Origin: an uncultured Actinomycetes bacterium
GTDB lineage: Bacteria; Actinomycetota; Coriobacteriia; Anaerosomatales; PHET01
Length of the DNA stretch: 64,000 bases
Assembly: GCA_947085035.1 (NCBI GenBank)
Contig: CAMTUW010000005.1
Location: 22,057-86,056, forward strand
Direction of reading: 5' to 3'
Each line of letters begins with the position of its first letter. Position 1 is the first letter of the stretch. The notes below the pieces were generated by a model. It saw only the letters and a list, made by a program, of their open reading frames with translations, did no database searches and was not told the origin of the DNA. Shown piece after piece: positions 29,763 to 39,733 of this stretch. A program made the position numbers and the translations under genes.

Positions 29763-30830
29763 TCAGTCGGGTAGCGACGGAAGACGCACGGTGAACCGCG
29801 AGCCACCTTGGGCGCGGTTCTCCGCATGAATGGTGCCGCCATGTGCGGTCACGATCGCGCGCACTATCGACAGACCGAGCCCCGCACCGCCCCTGGTGCG
29901 AGCACGGCTCCCGTCGGCGCGATAGAAGCGGTCGAAGAGGTTCGGCAGGTCCTCTTCGGGGATGCCCGGCCCGTCATCTTCGACCGCGAGTACCGACATT
30001 CCCGGCTCAACCGATAGAAGCATGTGCACGCAACCGCCTTCTCCGACGATGCGCGTCGCGTTGTCGACGAGGTTCGCGACCACCTGTTGCAGCCGATCGA
30101 TGTCACCGAGGACCAGCGGCGCCGACCCTGTCACCGCGAGTGACACGCCGCGGTGTTCGACCAACGGCTCGAGCATCGCGGCCGCTCGATCCGCAGCGAG
30201 GCGCAGATCGACGTGTCGAAGTGGCAGCTCGCCGGTCGCACCCTCGATGCGCTGGAGCGTGAGCAGATCGTTCGCGAGCCGCGTCAGTCGCTCCGCTTCG
30301 GTGGCGATCGTCGAGAGGAAGCGCTCCTGGTGCTCCGGGTCCACGTCTCCGTCGAGCAGCGTCTCGGCGGCTCCGCGAATCGCGGTGAGCGGGGTGCGCA
30401 ACTCGTGACTCACATCGCTCACGAACTGCGACTTGCGACGCTCCTCGCTTGTGAGCTGTTCGATCGCGGTCGAGGCCCCCTCGGCCATCCGGTTGAACGC
30501 CTCAGCGATGATGCGCACCTCACGGGGGCCGTTCGTGCCGCTCGCGCGTACGTCGAGGTTTCCCGCTGCGAGCGAGGTCGCGGCGCCTGCCAGGCGCTCG
30601 AGAGGCCGCGCGGCGCGTCCGGCGACCACCATGCCCGCGAGCCACGCGACGACAGCGCACGCGACGCCGGCCCCGATGATGATCGCGAGCACCTGCAGCG
30701 TGGTCGCCTGGCGCTCACTTGAGTCCGAAAGGAGCATCAGCAGCGCGACGACCGTGCCGCCCGCAAGAGCGCCTGATGCCGCCGCGAGAACGGCGATGCG
30801 CCGGATCGTGGAGCGCAGCGTGCCCTTCAT
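29763..30830 (-). CDS. Sensor histidine kinase (HAMP-HisKA-HATPase)
   Basis: DVSHELRTPL, NLVDNA, DDGPG, GAGLGLSI; two TM helices with almost no external loop. Confidence 0.9.
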   Translation of the reverse strand: MKGTLRSTIRRIAVLAAASGALAGGTVVALLMLLSDSSERQATTLQVLAIIIGAGVACAVVAWLAGMVVAGRAARPLERLAGAATSLAAGNLDVRASGTNGPREVRIIAEAFNRMAEGASTAIEQLTSEERRKSQFVSDVSHELRTPLTAIRGAAETLLDGDVDPEHQERFLSTIATEAERLTRLANDLLTLQRIEGATGELPLRHVDLRLAADRAAAMLEPLVEHRGVSLAVTGSAPLVLGDIDRLQQVVANLVDNATRIVGEGGCVHMLLSVEPGMSVLAVEDDGPGIPEEDLPNLFDRFYRADGSRARTRGGAGLGLSIVRAIVTAHGGTIHAENRAQGGSRFTVRLPSLPD

Positions 30831-30843
30831 CGTCCAGGGCTCG

Positions 30844-31548
30844 TCACAGTGCGCGGAGGCGGTAGCCGTAGCCGCGAACCGTCTCGACCAGTGTCGGGTC
30901 GACGCCCGCCGATTCGAGCTTGTCGCGCAGTCGCTTCACGTGGGTGTCGACGGTCTTGGTCTCGACGAGGTACTCCCAGTCCCATGCGTCGCGCAAGAGC
31001 TGCTCGCGCGAGAGTACCTTGCCCGAGTGGCGCATGAGGCAGGCGAGAAGCTCGAACTCTCGCGGCGTGAGGTCGATCGCTCCGCCGGTCGCGGTCGCGC
31101 TGTGAGCCGCCTCGTCGAGCACGACGCCCCCGATCTCGAAACGTTCGCCCGAGACGCCTGAGTCGCGCGTCTCGGTGCTCGCTCGTCTGAGCAGCGCTTT
31201 CACGCGCGCCGAGAGTTCGCGGACTCCGAAGGGTTTGGCCAGGTAGTCGTCGCCACCGATCTCAAGACCCACGACCTTGTCGAGCTCGGTGTCGCGGGCC
31301 GAGAGGAACAACACCGGCACGCTGGATGTCGCCCTCAGTCGGCGACATACCTCGTAGCCGTCCATACCGGGTAGCATGACGTCGAGCACGATGAGATCGA
31401 ACTGGGTGGTCGCCGCGAGCGCGAGGGCGGTGTCTCCATCTGGTGCGACGGACACCTCGTAGCCGTCCTTCTTGAGGTTGTAGCTGACGAATTCGGTGAT
31501 CGACGGTTCGTCGTCGACGACGAGGACGCGGGCGTTCGTCTCGCTCAT
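30844..31548 (-). CDS. OmpR/PhoB family response regulator
   Basis: VVDDE, LDVMLP, KPF, TVRGYGY. Confidence 0.92.
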   Translation of the reverse strand: MSETNARVLVVDDEPSITEFVSYNLKKDGYEVSVAPDGDTALALAATTQFDLIVLDVMLPGMDGYEVCRRLRATSSVPVLFLSARDTELDKVVGLEIGGDDYLAKPFGVRELSARVKALLRRASTETRDSGVSGERFEIGGVVLDEAAHSATATGGAIDLTPREFELLACLMRHSGKVLSREQLLRDAWDWEYLVETKTVDTHVKRLRDKLESAGVDPTLVETVRGYGYRLRAL

Positions 31549-31729
31549 TGACGAGCCTCCAAGGTGGATTCGGCGTATCATGGCAGGTCAGAGGCTCTTG
31601 AAATCAGTCGCCGTTTACCGCGACGCGCCTCGTGGCCGATGATAGCACCGGCATCATGGCGCGGTGACCCTCGCGTAACCGTGCCGTCACCGGGGCGACA
31701 CCGTGCGTATGCTTGGAAGGATGACGAAC

Positions 31730-32500
31730 ATGCTGCTCGCCGTCGACGTTGGTAACACACAGACCGTGCTCGGCCTGTTCGATGGCGAGCGGCTGGACGG
31801 ACACTGGCGGATATCGAGCGATGCCGACACGACCGGCGATGAGTTGCGCGTGAAGGTGGGCGGACTGCTCGGGCTCAAGTGTCGCTCGTGGAGTGACGTG
31901 AGCGATGTCGTTCTCGCGAGCGTCGTGCCCAGACTCACTTCCGCGTGGGAGGAGGCCTCGCTCGAAGCGTGCGGATGCGCGGCGACGGTCGTCGGTCCCG
32001 GCCTCAAGACCGGCATGACCATACGTTACGATAACCCGCACGAGGTCGGCGCTGATCGCATCGTCAACGCCATCGCGGCCGTCGAGGCGTTCGGGGCGCC
32101 GCTCGTCGTCGTCGATTTCGGGACCGCCACGACGATCGACGTGGTCGATCGGGACGGCGCGTATCTGGGCGGCGCGATCGCTCCCGGAGTCGAGGCCAGT
32201 GCCGAGGCGCTCTTCTCGAAAGCGGCGCGACTCTCGAAAGTCGACCTCGAGGCGCCTGAGAAGACGATCGGCACGAACACGCGCGCCAGCGTGCAGTCCG
32301 GGCTCATGTTCGGTGAGGCCGCGATGGTCGACGGTCTCGTGCGGCGCGTCTGGGCCGAGCTGGGGTGTGAGACCACCGTGGTCGCTACCGGCGGCTTCGC
32401 GCCACGAATGGCGCCGCTGTGCGAGACGGTCGGTCACGTCGACATCGATCTCACGCTCACCGGGTTGCGCATAGTGCATGACCGCAACATGGAGCGGTAG
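31730..32500 (+). CDS. coaX: Type III pantothenate kinase
   Basis: DVGNT, SVVP, VGADRIVN, VDFGTATT, GGAIAPG. Confidence 0.95.
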   Translation: MLLAVDVGNTQTVLGLFDGERLDGHWRISSDADTTGDELRVKVGGLLGLKCRSWSDVSDVVLASVVPRLTSAWEEASLEACGCAATVVGPGLKTGMTIRYDNPHEVGADRIVNAIAAVEAFGAPLVVVDFGTATTIDVVDRDGAYLGGAIAPGVEASAEALFSKAARLSKVDLEAPEKTIGTNTRASVQSGLMFGEAAMVDGLVRRVWAELGCETTVVATGGFAPRMAPLCETVGHVDIDLTLTGLRIVHDRNMER

Positions 32501-32562
32501 GCGTCTGTCAGAGCACGACCGTATACTGAGCTGAATGCGGGTGCCGTCTCGGCGGGGGAGGT

Positions 32563-33192
32563 GTGCGAGGGGTGCGGTTCTATCGAATCGGCGACAAGGT
32601 CGTCAGTCGCGATAAGCTGATCGAAGCGGTCGAGGGGATGCTCGAGAACCGTGAGGCCGGCGCGACTCAGGAGGAAGCCGCTCGTGCGGTCGGCCTGACC
32701 CGCAGCGTCGTCTCGTTTCTGGAGACTCTGGGCGAGGTGCGTCGCGGGCCACGGGTGGCGCTCGTGGGCTTTCCGGTCGCCAACTGCGATGAGGTGCGCG
32801 CGGTCGCCGAGCGTCACGCGGTCGACTTCGTGCTCGTGGTCAGTCAGTCCGAGCGCGAGACCATCGAATCCGGCTCGCCTGCGAACGTGTTCAACCGTCT
32901 GCTCGAGACACTCGCCATCCTGCGTGACTACGACACGGTGGTACTCATGGCCAGTGACTGGCGAATCTCAACGATCGCTCGCATCCTGGGCTCTGAGGTC
33001 GTCGGGATGCCTCTGGGCACGTCACCGCTTCGCGAGGACAGGATCGTTGATATCGAACAGCTCGAGGGGTTGCTCTCGGGTGTGATGGCACAGACCGCCC
33101 GACCCCGCGGGCGCACAGCCGGTGTCCACGCCGCGTTCAAGGACGCGGCGAGCGAGATGGCCGGGAGGTGGCAGCAATCAAGGAGGTCGTGA
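32563..33192 (+). CDS. Uncharacterised HTH-containing protein
   Basis: GATQEEAARAVGLTRSVVSFLE HTH followed by an alpha/beta domain. Confidence 0.7.
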   Translation: MRGVRFYRIGDKVVSRDKLIEAVEGMLENREAGATQEEAARAVGLTRSVVSFLETLGEVRRGPRVALVGFPVANCDEVRAVAERHAVDFVLVVSQSERETIESGSPANVFNRLLETLAILRDYDTVVLMASDWRISTIARILGSEVVGMPLGTSPLREDRIVDIEQLEGLLSGVMAQTARPRGRTAGVHAAFKDAASEMAGRWQQSRRS

Positions 33193-34091
33193 GCGTCTCG
33201 ATAGGCTCCCCCCGGCGGGACCACGTGGTGGAGATCGAACTGCTCGGCGAGGCGTTTCGCATCGAGCGAAGGGGCACCGGCGGCGATATGAACCGGGCCG
33301 AGGCGCTGTTGCGGGAACTCGACGGTACCGTCGCGGCGCTGGGGCTGGGGGGTATCGACCTGTACCTGACGGCTGCCGGGAGGGACTACCACTTCCGGGA
33401 CGGCAAGCGATTCGGCCGAGCAGTGAGCAAGACCCCGCTACTCGATGGAAGCGGGCTCAAGGGGGCCGTCGAAGCCGATGTGGTCAGGTTCATGTCCGAG
33501 GACCTGGGATTGCGCCTCGAGGGCAAGCGCGTACTCGTCACCTCGGCGGTCGACCGCTGGGGCATGACGGAGGGCTTCTACCGCGCGGGGTGTGAGGTCG
33601 TCGCGGCCGACCTTCTGTACGCGCTGGGAGTCCCCGTCGTACTCAGAACCCGTCGCATGCTCGAAGTCACGATTCGCTGCGTGGCGCCCATTGCTGTGCA
33701 GATGCCCTTCGCGTGGCTCTACGAGACCGAGGCCGACGACGCAACGCAGGTGCGCGCTGAGTCCAGACACGCGGCGCTCTACCGCGAAGCCGACATCATC
33801 GCGGGGGACTACAAGTACGTGCGTAAGTACATGCCCGCGGACATGCGTGGCACATGGGTGGTCACGAACACCACGACCGCCGCCGACGTCGAGTTCCTGC
33901 GTTCGCGGGGGGTCGATCTGCTCGTCACGTCGACTCCGCGGCTCGAGGGACGCTCGTTCGGGACGAACGTCATCGAAGCGACGATGGTCGCGCTCGATGG
34001 GGCGAAAGCTCGTCTTGCGCCGGCGCGCTACGCGGAGCTCTTGAGCAAGAGCGGCTTCGTGCCGGACGCGCAGTGGCTTCAGCGAGGATGA
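33168..34091 (+). CDS. Uncharacterised enzyme-like protein (family often auto-annotated quinate 5-dehydrogenase)
   Basis: VVSVSIGS..RDH, RRGTGGD, GLGGIDLY, DGSGLK, GRSFGTNVIEA; overlaps upstream HTH gene; family recognised from memory. Confidence 0.7.
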   Translation: MAAIKEVVSVSIGSPRRDHVVEIELLGEAFRIERRGTGGDMNRAEALLRELDGTVAALGLGGIDLYLTAAGRDYHFRDGKRFGRAVSKTPLLDGSGLKGAVEADVVRFMSEDLGLRLEGKRVLVTSAVDRWGMTEGFYRAGCEVVAADLLYALGVPVVLRTRRMLEVTIRCVAPIAVQMPFAWLYETEADDATQVRAESRHAALYREADIIAGDYKYVRKYMPADMRGTWVVTNTTTAADVEFLRSRGVDLLVTSTPRLEGRSFGTNVIEATMVALDGAKARLAPARYAELLSKSGFVPDAQWLQRG

Positions 34092-34179
34092 TCTCGTAGG
34101 GTCGCAAGAGTCGTTTAGGTATGACTGTTGCTCTGGTGTGACTGCAAGGCGGGCGTCTATGGCGCGGCGCTGGGCCGGG

Positions 34180-34309
34180 TGGTAACATCCGAGTGTTCAG
34201 GCAGGCAGGTGGGCGAGCGTGTGCGGTGCCCGAATTCGCGCACGGGTGCGACCCCACCCTCCGTTGTTCGAGTGCGGCTCCATGCCGCCTTGTGAAGGAG
34301 TGGATGTAG
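34180..34309 (+). promoter_or_regulatory. ccm operon promoter and structured 5' leader
   Basis: Extended -10 TGGTAACAT, then GTGTTCAGGC; nested stems reaching to the AAGGAG RBS. Confidence 0.55.
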
Positions 34310-34999
34310 GTGAACAAGCGGGCTCGCAGTAGGTTGATCGGTGTGACGGCGATCGTGATTCTCGCGATAGCGGCCATCTTCTTCAGTCTAGGGTCTCTTG
34401 GCGGCACGGCGTACTACCGATCGGTCGAGGAGCTCGCGACGGATAACAGTCTCGCGGGTGAGCGCGTGAAGGTCGGCGGCACCGTCGTACCCGGCTCTTG
34501 GGACAAGAAGGCGAACCCCATGAACTTTGAGATCAGGGACGAGACCGATGACAAGGGCGTTGGGCCCACGGTCCGGGTGGTCTACACCGAGGGAGTTCCG
34601 GCGACATTCGGGGACGGAGTCACCGCGATCATCACAGGAGTGCTGGGTACTGATGGCGTCATCACCTCGGCTGAGATGATCACGAAGTGTCCGTCGAAGT
34701 ACGAGTCCGCCGTTGGGGCGATGTCGATCGATGACCTCCTCGCAGGCGGTGAGACCTATGTCGGCAAGACCGTCAAGGCGACCGGCTACGTCAAGACCGG
34801 CACGATCGTCGCGCCGGGTGGCGAATCCCGCTTCGTCGTCACCAACGAGAAAGGCGCGGGGGCCGAGGTCAGGGTCGCGTGGGAAGGCGCTCTGCCACAG
34901 GGTATGGCCGATGGGTCCAACGTCGTTCTCACAGGAGCGATCGGACAAAACGGTGACTTCGTGGCGACCAACGTGGCGCTCGAGGGGACCGACAAGTAG
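34310..34999 (+). CDS. ccmE: Heme chaperone CcmE, CxxxY type, with second OB-fold-like domain
   Basis: N-terminal TM, VKVGGTVVPGS, YTEGVPATF, TKCPSKY; second similar domain without the heme motif. Confidence 0.88.
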   Translation: MNKRARSRLIGVTAIVILAIAAIFFSLGSLGGTAYYRSVEELATDNSLAGERVKVGGTVVPGSWDKKANPMNFEIRDETDDKGVGPTVRVVYTEGVPATFGDGVTAIITGVLGTDGVITSAEMITKCPSKYESAVGAMSIDDLLAGGETYVGKTVKATGYVKTGTIVAPGGESRFVVTNEKGAGAEVRVAWEGALPQGMADGSNVVLTGAIGQNGDFVATNVALEGTDK

Positions 35000-35009
35000 A
35001 GCTTGATGC

Positions 35010-35042
35010 ACGCCCCGCACCTTGTCCGGTGCGGGGCGTTTT
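35010..35042 (+). terminator. Intra-operon hairpin/terminator between ccmE and ccmF
   Basis: ACGCCCCGCACC-6 nt-GGTGCGGGGCGT 12-bp stem followed by TTT. Confidence 0.7.
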
Positions 35043-35072
35043 CGTGACCGAACCGGAACAAGGGAGAAGTTC

Positions 35073-37220
35073 ATGATCGTTTTCGGGCAGTTGGCCCTCG
35101 GCCTCGCACTGCTGTGCTCGATCGTCGCGATCGGCGCTCTTTTCTGGGGCAGGAGTCTGGGCCCCAGGGACGGAGAGTCGATCACGAACGCCGGCTACTA
35201 CGCGACGTTCGCCGCGATGGGCGCCTACACCGTTACCATCCTCGTCATGGTCACGGCGTTCTTCGCCAAGGACTACTCCTTCTACTACGTCGCGCAGAAC
35301 CACTCGACTGACGCGTCGAGCCTCGCGTGGCTCTATTCGATCTCGGCCGTGTGGGCCGGTCGCGAGGGATCGCTCCTGTTCTGGGGGTGGCTGATCGCGC
35401 TGTTCGCGGGATGGGTCGCCTACCAGCGCATGGACAAGACCGATGATCTCTCGAACATGGGCATCGCGGTCACCAACATCGTGTTGGCCCTGTTCGGTGC
35501 GGCGATGCTGTTCAGCGAGCCGAACGACCCCTTCAAGCTCACCCCGCCCGAGTTCCTCTCGAACGGCCAGCTCATCGGTCAGGCTGCTGAGTGGGGCATG
35601 AACCCGTTGCTGCAGCACTGGGCGATGATCCTTCATCCACCCACACTCTTCATCGGATACGCTGGTCTGACGATCGCGTTCGCGTTCGCCATGGCCGCGC
35701 TCATCACGAACGACGCGTCGAAACTCTGGATCGACATCGTCGATCGCATCACCGTTTTCGCGTGGCTGTTCCTTGGTGCTGGAAACGGCCTCGGCGCGAT
35801 CTGGGCGTACGTGGTGCTGGGCTGGGGCGGTTACTGGGCCTGGGACCCGGTCGAGAACGCCTCGCTCCTGCCTTGGCTCACCGGTGTCGGACTGATTCAC
35901 AGCTTCACGATCTACAAGCGTCGCGATGGCTTCAAGCGTTGGACGATTCTGTTGGCAGCGGTGACATTCGCACTCGTCATCCTCGGTACGTTCATCGTGC
36001 GTTCCGGAATCGTCCAGTCGGTCCACGCGTTCACCGAGGACCCCGTCTCGTTGTGGCTGTTCCTCAGCATGATCATCGGCTCGGTCGCAGCTGCGGTGAT
36101 CGGCCTGTGGCTACGCTGGGAAACGTTCGCTGGCAACGACGAGTTCGAGTCGTTGACCAGCAAGGAAGCGGCGTATTACTTCAACAACGTGATCATGCTC
36201 GTCTCGAGCGTGCTGGTCGCCTACATGACGATGACGTCCGCGTTCCCCGCGTGGATGCCGTTCGGCGGTCAGTCGATCAGCGCGACCTCGTTCGATCTTC
36301 TCGCCCGGCCGATCGGTCTGGTGTATGCGTTCCTGCTCGCGCTGTGTCCGATCCTGCTGTGGAAGAAGACCGACGGGACGACGTTGTGGAAGCGCATCAA
36401 GTGGCCGCTCGCCGGTACGGCGGTGCTGTTCCCCTTGCTCATGTGGGAATGGTTCGCGAACCTGCGCCCCATCTACGTGTTCATGATCGCCCAGGGCGGC
36501 GAAGGCGCTCGCAAGCTTCTCGCCTTCGGTCCGGAGATCGTCTACGACGTCATCTCCATCCTCGCCTTCCTCGCCGCAGCCCTCATGTTCTCTACGACGG
36601 TGTGGCTCTTCGTCGACGGATCACGTAAGCGGGCCGCCGCGCGGGGAGAGAGTGTCTGGGCTTCGCTTGTCCACATCATCTTCAGGGCGCGCACCCAGTC
36701 GGGTGGCTACATCGCACACATCGGAATGGCGATCATCCTCGTCGGTCTCGTCGGCTCGTCGATGTATGTCCGTGATGTTCGTCTGAACGTTCCCGAGCAG
36801 GCCGGTGCGACCTTCCAAGTTGACGATTACACGTTCACTTTCCAGGGCATCTCGGAAGACCAGCTGAAGAACGGCGACATCGTCGCCAAGGCCACCTTCG
36901 CTGTCCAGCGCGACGGCGTGTCCCTGGGCACCGTGGATCCGGGGCTCACGAAGTTCGCGAGGCAGGGGCAGACCCGCCTCGACGCGCGAGTGCTCATCGA
37001 GCCGCTTCGTGACATCTTCGTGGTGTGGGAGGGCTCTGAAGAGGGCCAGATGTCGGTCAACGTGAAGATCAACCCGCTCATCTCGTTCGCATGGGGCGGT
37101 TTCGGGGTCCTGATGTTGGGCGCCGCGCTGGCCGCATGGCCGAAGAGGGCACCCGCCGCCATCGTTCCTGCCGCTCCCGTGCGCAAGAGCGCCTCGAGCA
37201 AGCGCAAAGTGGCGAAGTAG
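35073..37220 (+). CDS. ccmF: Cytochrome c heme lyase
   Basis: WAGREGSLLFW, GMNPLLQH, HPP, WGGYWAWDPVENASLLPW, SVHAF. Confidence 0.95.
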   Translation: MIVFGQLALGLALLCSIVAIGALFWGRSLGPRDGESITNAGYYATFAAMGAYTVTILVMVTAFFAKDYSFYYVAQNHSTDASSLAWLYSISAVWAGREGSLLFWGWLIALFAGWVAYQRMDKTDDLSNMGIAVTNIVLALFGAAMLFSEPNDPFKLTPPEFLSNGQLIGQAAEWGMNPLLQHWAMILHPPTLFIGYAGLTIAFAFAMAALITNDASKLWIDIVDRITVFAWLFLGAGNGLGAIWAYVVLGWGGYWAWDPVENASLLPWLTGVGLIHSFTIYKRRDGFKRWTILLAAVTFALVILGTFIVRSGIVQSVHAFTEDPVSLWLFLSMIIGSVAAAVIGLWLRWETFAGNDEFESLTSKEAAYYFNNVIMLVSSVLVAYMTMTSAFPAWMPFGGQSISATSFDLLARPIGLVYAFLLALCPILLWKKTDGTTLWKRIKWPLAGTAVLFPLLMWEWFANLRPIYVFMIAQGGEGARKLLAFGPEIVYDVISILAFLAAALMFSTTVWLFVDGSRKRAAARGESVWASLVHIIFRARTQSGGYIAHIGMAIILVGLVGSSMYVRDVRLNVPEQAGATFQVDDYTFTFQGISEDQLKNGDIVAKATFAVQRDGVSLGTVDPGLTKFARQGQTRLDARVLIEPLRDIFVVWEGSEEGQMSVNVKINPLISFAWGGFGVLMLGAALAAWPKRAPAAIVPAAPVRKSASSKRKVAK

Positions 37221-37228
37221 CCGCCCTC

Positions 37229-37960
37229 GTGAGTGACGCTACCGCGACAGATCTCGCTTTGGAGGTCCGGGCATTGTCCCGGACCTTCGGCGCGCGCAAG
37301 GCCCTCGACGACGTCACCTTCGATTTGGAGCTGGGCGCGTTCCTGTCGATCTTCGGACCGAACGGTGCGGGGAAGTCGACGCTGCTCAAGGTGCTGTCCA
37401 CACTCACCACTCCGTCCAAGGGCACGGCCAGAGTGCTGGGCCTCGACGTGGTCCAAGACGCAGTCGAGTTGCGGGAGCGCATCGGCTTCATCAGTCACAA
37501 CCCGCTGCTCTACCCGGATCTCACCGCCGAGGAGAACCTCGAGTTCTTCGCCGAGGTCTACTGCATCGATTCGCCCAAGGACCGCATCCGAGAGCTACTC
37601 GATGCGGTCGAGCTCGATCACCGTCGCCTCGATCTCGTGCGGACCTTCTCGCGCGGCATGCTCCAGAGGCTCTCGATCGCTCGCGCGTTGCTACACGACC
37701 CCGCGCTCATCTTCCTCGATGAGCCGTACTCGGGCCTCGATCCGCATGCGATGGACATCCTCGACGGGCTGATCGCCAAGATTCGTGACGGGCATACGTT
37801 CGTCATGGTGAGCCACGATCTGAGCAAGGGGCTCGAGCTGTGCACGCACGCGCTGATCCTCTCGAAGGGCAGGATCGTGTTGCACCAGGACAAGGAGTTC
37901 ATCGACGAGGACGAGTTCGCTCAGACCTACCGCACGACCGTTGGCATGGGGGTGAGCTAG
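37229..37960 (+). CDS. ccmA: Heme export ABC ATPase
   Basis: GPNGAGKST, FSRGMLQRL, LDEPYSGLD; position in ccm operon. Confidence 0.88.
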   Translation: MSDATATDLALEVRALSRTFGARKALDDVTFDLELGAFLSIFGPNGAGKSTLLKVLSTLTTPSKGTARVLGLDVVQDAVELRERIGFISHNPLLYPDLTAEENLEFFAEVYCIDSPKDRIRELLDAVELDHRRLDLVRTFSRGMLQRLSIARALLHDPALIFLDEPYSGLDPHAMDILDGLIAKIRDGHTFVMVSHDLSKGLELCTHALILSKGRIVLHQDKEFIDEDEFAQTYRTTVGMGVS

Positions 37961-38695
37961 GTGGCTGACGCCGCACCGGTCACCACATCGCGAATGTCAG
38001 GGTGGCGCCAGTTCAAGGCGATCCTGCGCAAAGACATCGTGATGGAGCTCCGCACCAAAGAGATGCTCACCTCGATGGGTCTCTACGCCCTTCTCGTGCT
38101 CGTGGTCTACTACATCACGCTGTCGCAGGCGGGCCAGGACTTCGAAGTGCGTCGCATCGCCGCCGGACTGCTGTGGCTCGCGTTCATCTTCACGTCACTT
38201 CTGGGTCTGAACCGCTCGCTCGTGCATGAGAAGGACCAGGGGTGCCTCGACGCCCTGCTGATCTCGCCCATCGATCGTCCGATCATCTTCTTCGGCAAGG
38301 CCGTGGGCAATCTCATCTTCCTGCTCATCGTAGAGGCGTTCATCGTCCCGTTGTTCTTCTTCATCTTCCTCGCATCAGCCGATGCACAGGTGATGGGTCC
38401 CGTGTGGATGATCGCGCTCGCTCTGTTGCTCGGGTCCATCGGGATCGCCGGAGTGGGAACCCTGCTCGCGACGATGTCGGTGAACACGAAGGGCAAGGAT
38501 TTCATTCTCGCCGTGCTGTTCATCCCGCTCATGTTTCCGCTGCTGCTCGCCGTCGTCGCCGGCACCTCGGTCGTGATTCAGGCCGAGATCGGATACGTCA
38601 CGACCTTCTGGCAGATGATGGCCCTGGCCGCAGGGTACGATACGATCATGTTGTTGGCGGCGTTCGCGCTCTATGAATTCGTACTCGGGGCCTGA
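37961..38695 (+). CDS. ccmB: Heme exporter protein B
   Basis: KDIVMELR, EKDQGCLDAL, six TM helices. Confidence 0.88.
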   Translation: MADAAPVTTSRMSGWRQFKAILRKDIVMELRTKEMLTSMGLYALLVLVVYYITLSQAGQDFEVRRIAAGLLWLAFIFTSLLGLNRSLVHEKDQGCLDALLISPIDRPIIFFGKAVGNLIFLLIVEAFIVPLFFFIFLASADAQVMGPVWMIALALLLGSIGIAGVGTLLATMSVNTKGKDFILAVLFIPLMFPLLLAVVAGTSVVIQAEIGYVTTFWQMMALAAGYDTIMLLAAFALYEFVLGA

Positions 38696-38727
38696 CGGGT
38701 GCGCCAGATGGATTGGAGGAGGATTCG

Positions 38728-39489
38728 GTGAGACAACTCAAGATCGCGATCGCCCTGGTGCTGGTGGGAGGGCTGCTCACCACAGCCGCGTTCCTCATGG
38801 CGTTCTTCACCGCCGAAGTCCAGCTGTTCAGCACGGTCACTTTCGACGCGCCCATCGAGACCGCGTTCTCGCTTGCGCCGCCCGAGTTCCAGCCCACCGA
38901 CGGCGGTGTCGCCTACGGAAGGCCGTGGTTCAGTCAGAAGATATTCTACTTCCACGTGCCCGTCGCGCTCGCGTCCTTCCTCATCCTGCTCATCTCGGCT
39001 GTCTACTCTGTGCGCTTCCTCATGAGCAAACGCGCCGAGTTCGACACGAAGGCGCGGATCGCGATGGAGACGTCGCTCATCTTCGTGGTGCTGACGATGA
39101 TCACCGGGGTGCTGTGGACGAGGGCGTCATGGCAGGTGTGGTGGGAGTGGGAACCGCGCCTGACCACCTACTTCATCATGATGCTGATGATGATCGCCTA
39201 CTTCGTGCTGCGAAACTCGGTGGAGGAGGAGGAGCGCCGGGCGACCTACGCGGCGGTGTTCGGCATCCTCGCGGCCATCAACGCGCCGATCTCGTTCATG
39301 ATCACGCGGGTCATCCCATCGAATCATCCCGTCGTGCTGCAACCCGGGATGGCGCCCTCGAATCTGACTCCCTTCATCTTGGGGCAGATAGGGATGCTCA
39401 TGATCGGGTATGGCATCTTCGTCGCGCGCATGAGCGAGGAGCGGCTCAGAGAACGTATCGAGATCACGAAAGAAGCCCTCGAGGGCTGA
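38728..39489 (+). CDS. ccmC: Heme exporter protein C
   Basis: KIFYFHVP, WTRASWQVWWEWEPRLT (WWD domain), SNHP. Confidence 0.9.
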   Translation: MRQLKIAIALVLVGGLLTTAAFLMAFFTAEVQLFSTVTFDAPIETAFSLAPPEFQPTDGGVAYGRPWFSQKIFYFHVPVALASFLILLISAVYSVRFLMSKRAEFDTKARIAMETSLIFVVLTMITGVLWTRASWQVWWEWEPRLTTYFIMMLMMIAYFVLRNSVEEEERRATYAAVFGILAAINAPISFMITRVIPSNHPVVLQPGMAPSNLTPFILGQIGMLMIGYGIFVARMSEERLRERIEITKEALEG

Positions 39490-39522
39490 GAGAACTCCCG
39501 AATCGAACCCGGAGGTGTCATC

Positions 39523-39708
39523 GTGGATCCTACGAACGCCGAGCTCTACCGACTGGCCCTGTACGACGCTCCATACGTGATCGGCGCCTACGCCGTCTTG
39601 TGGGTCGCCTTCGTGGGCTACCTCACGATGGTGCTGCGCCGTATCATGGGCTTGGAGAGAGAAGTCGAGGTCATCGAAGACGCTGTTGCCAAACGCCGCG
39701 GCGAGTAA
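39523..39708 (+). CDS. ccmD: CcmD-like small membrane protein
   Basis: 61 aa, YVIGAYAVLW TM then charged tail, directly after ccmC. Confidence 0.75.
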   Translation: MDPTNAELYRLALYDAPYVIGAYAVLWVAFVGYLTMVLRRIMGLEREVEVIEDAVAKRRGE

Positions 39709-39733
39709 GGTCGCAGAAGGGATCGGCATCACA

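Noticed and set aside
15364-32500. Cofactor gene supercluster as a novelty
   Set aside because: tilS-hpt-ftsH-fol-pan-nad-coaX clustering is well known in Actinobacteria and Firmicutes.
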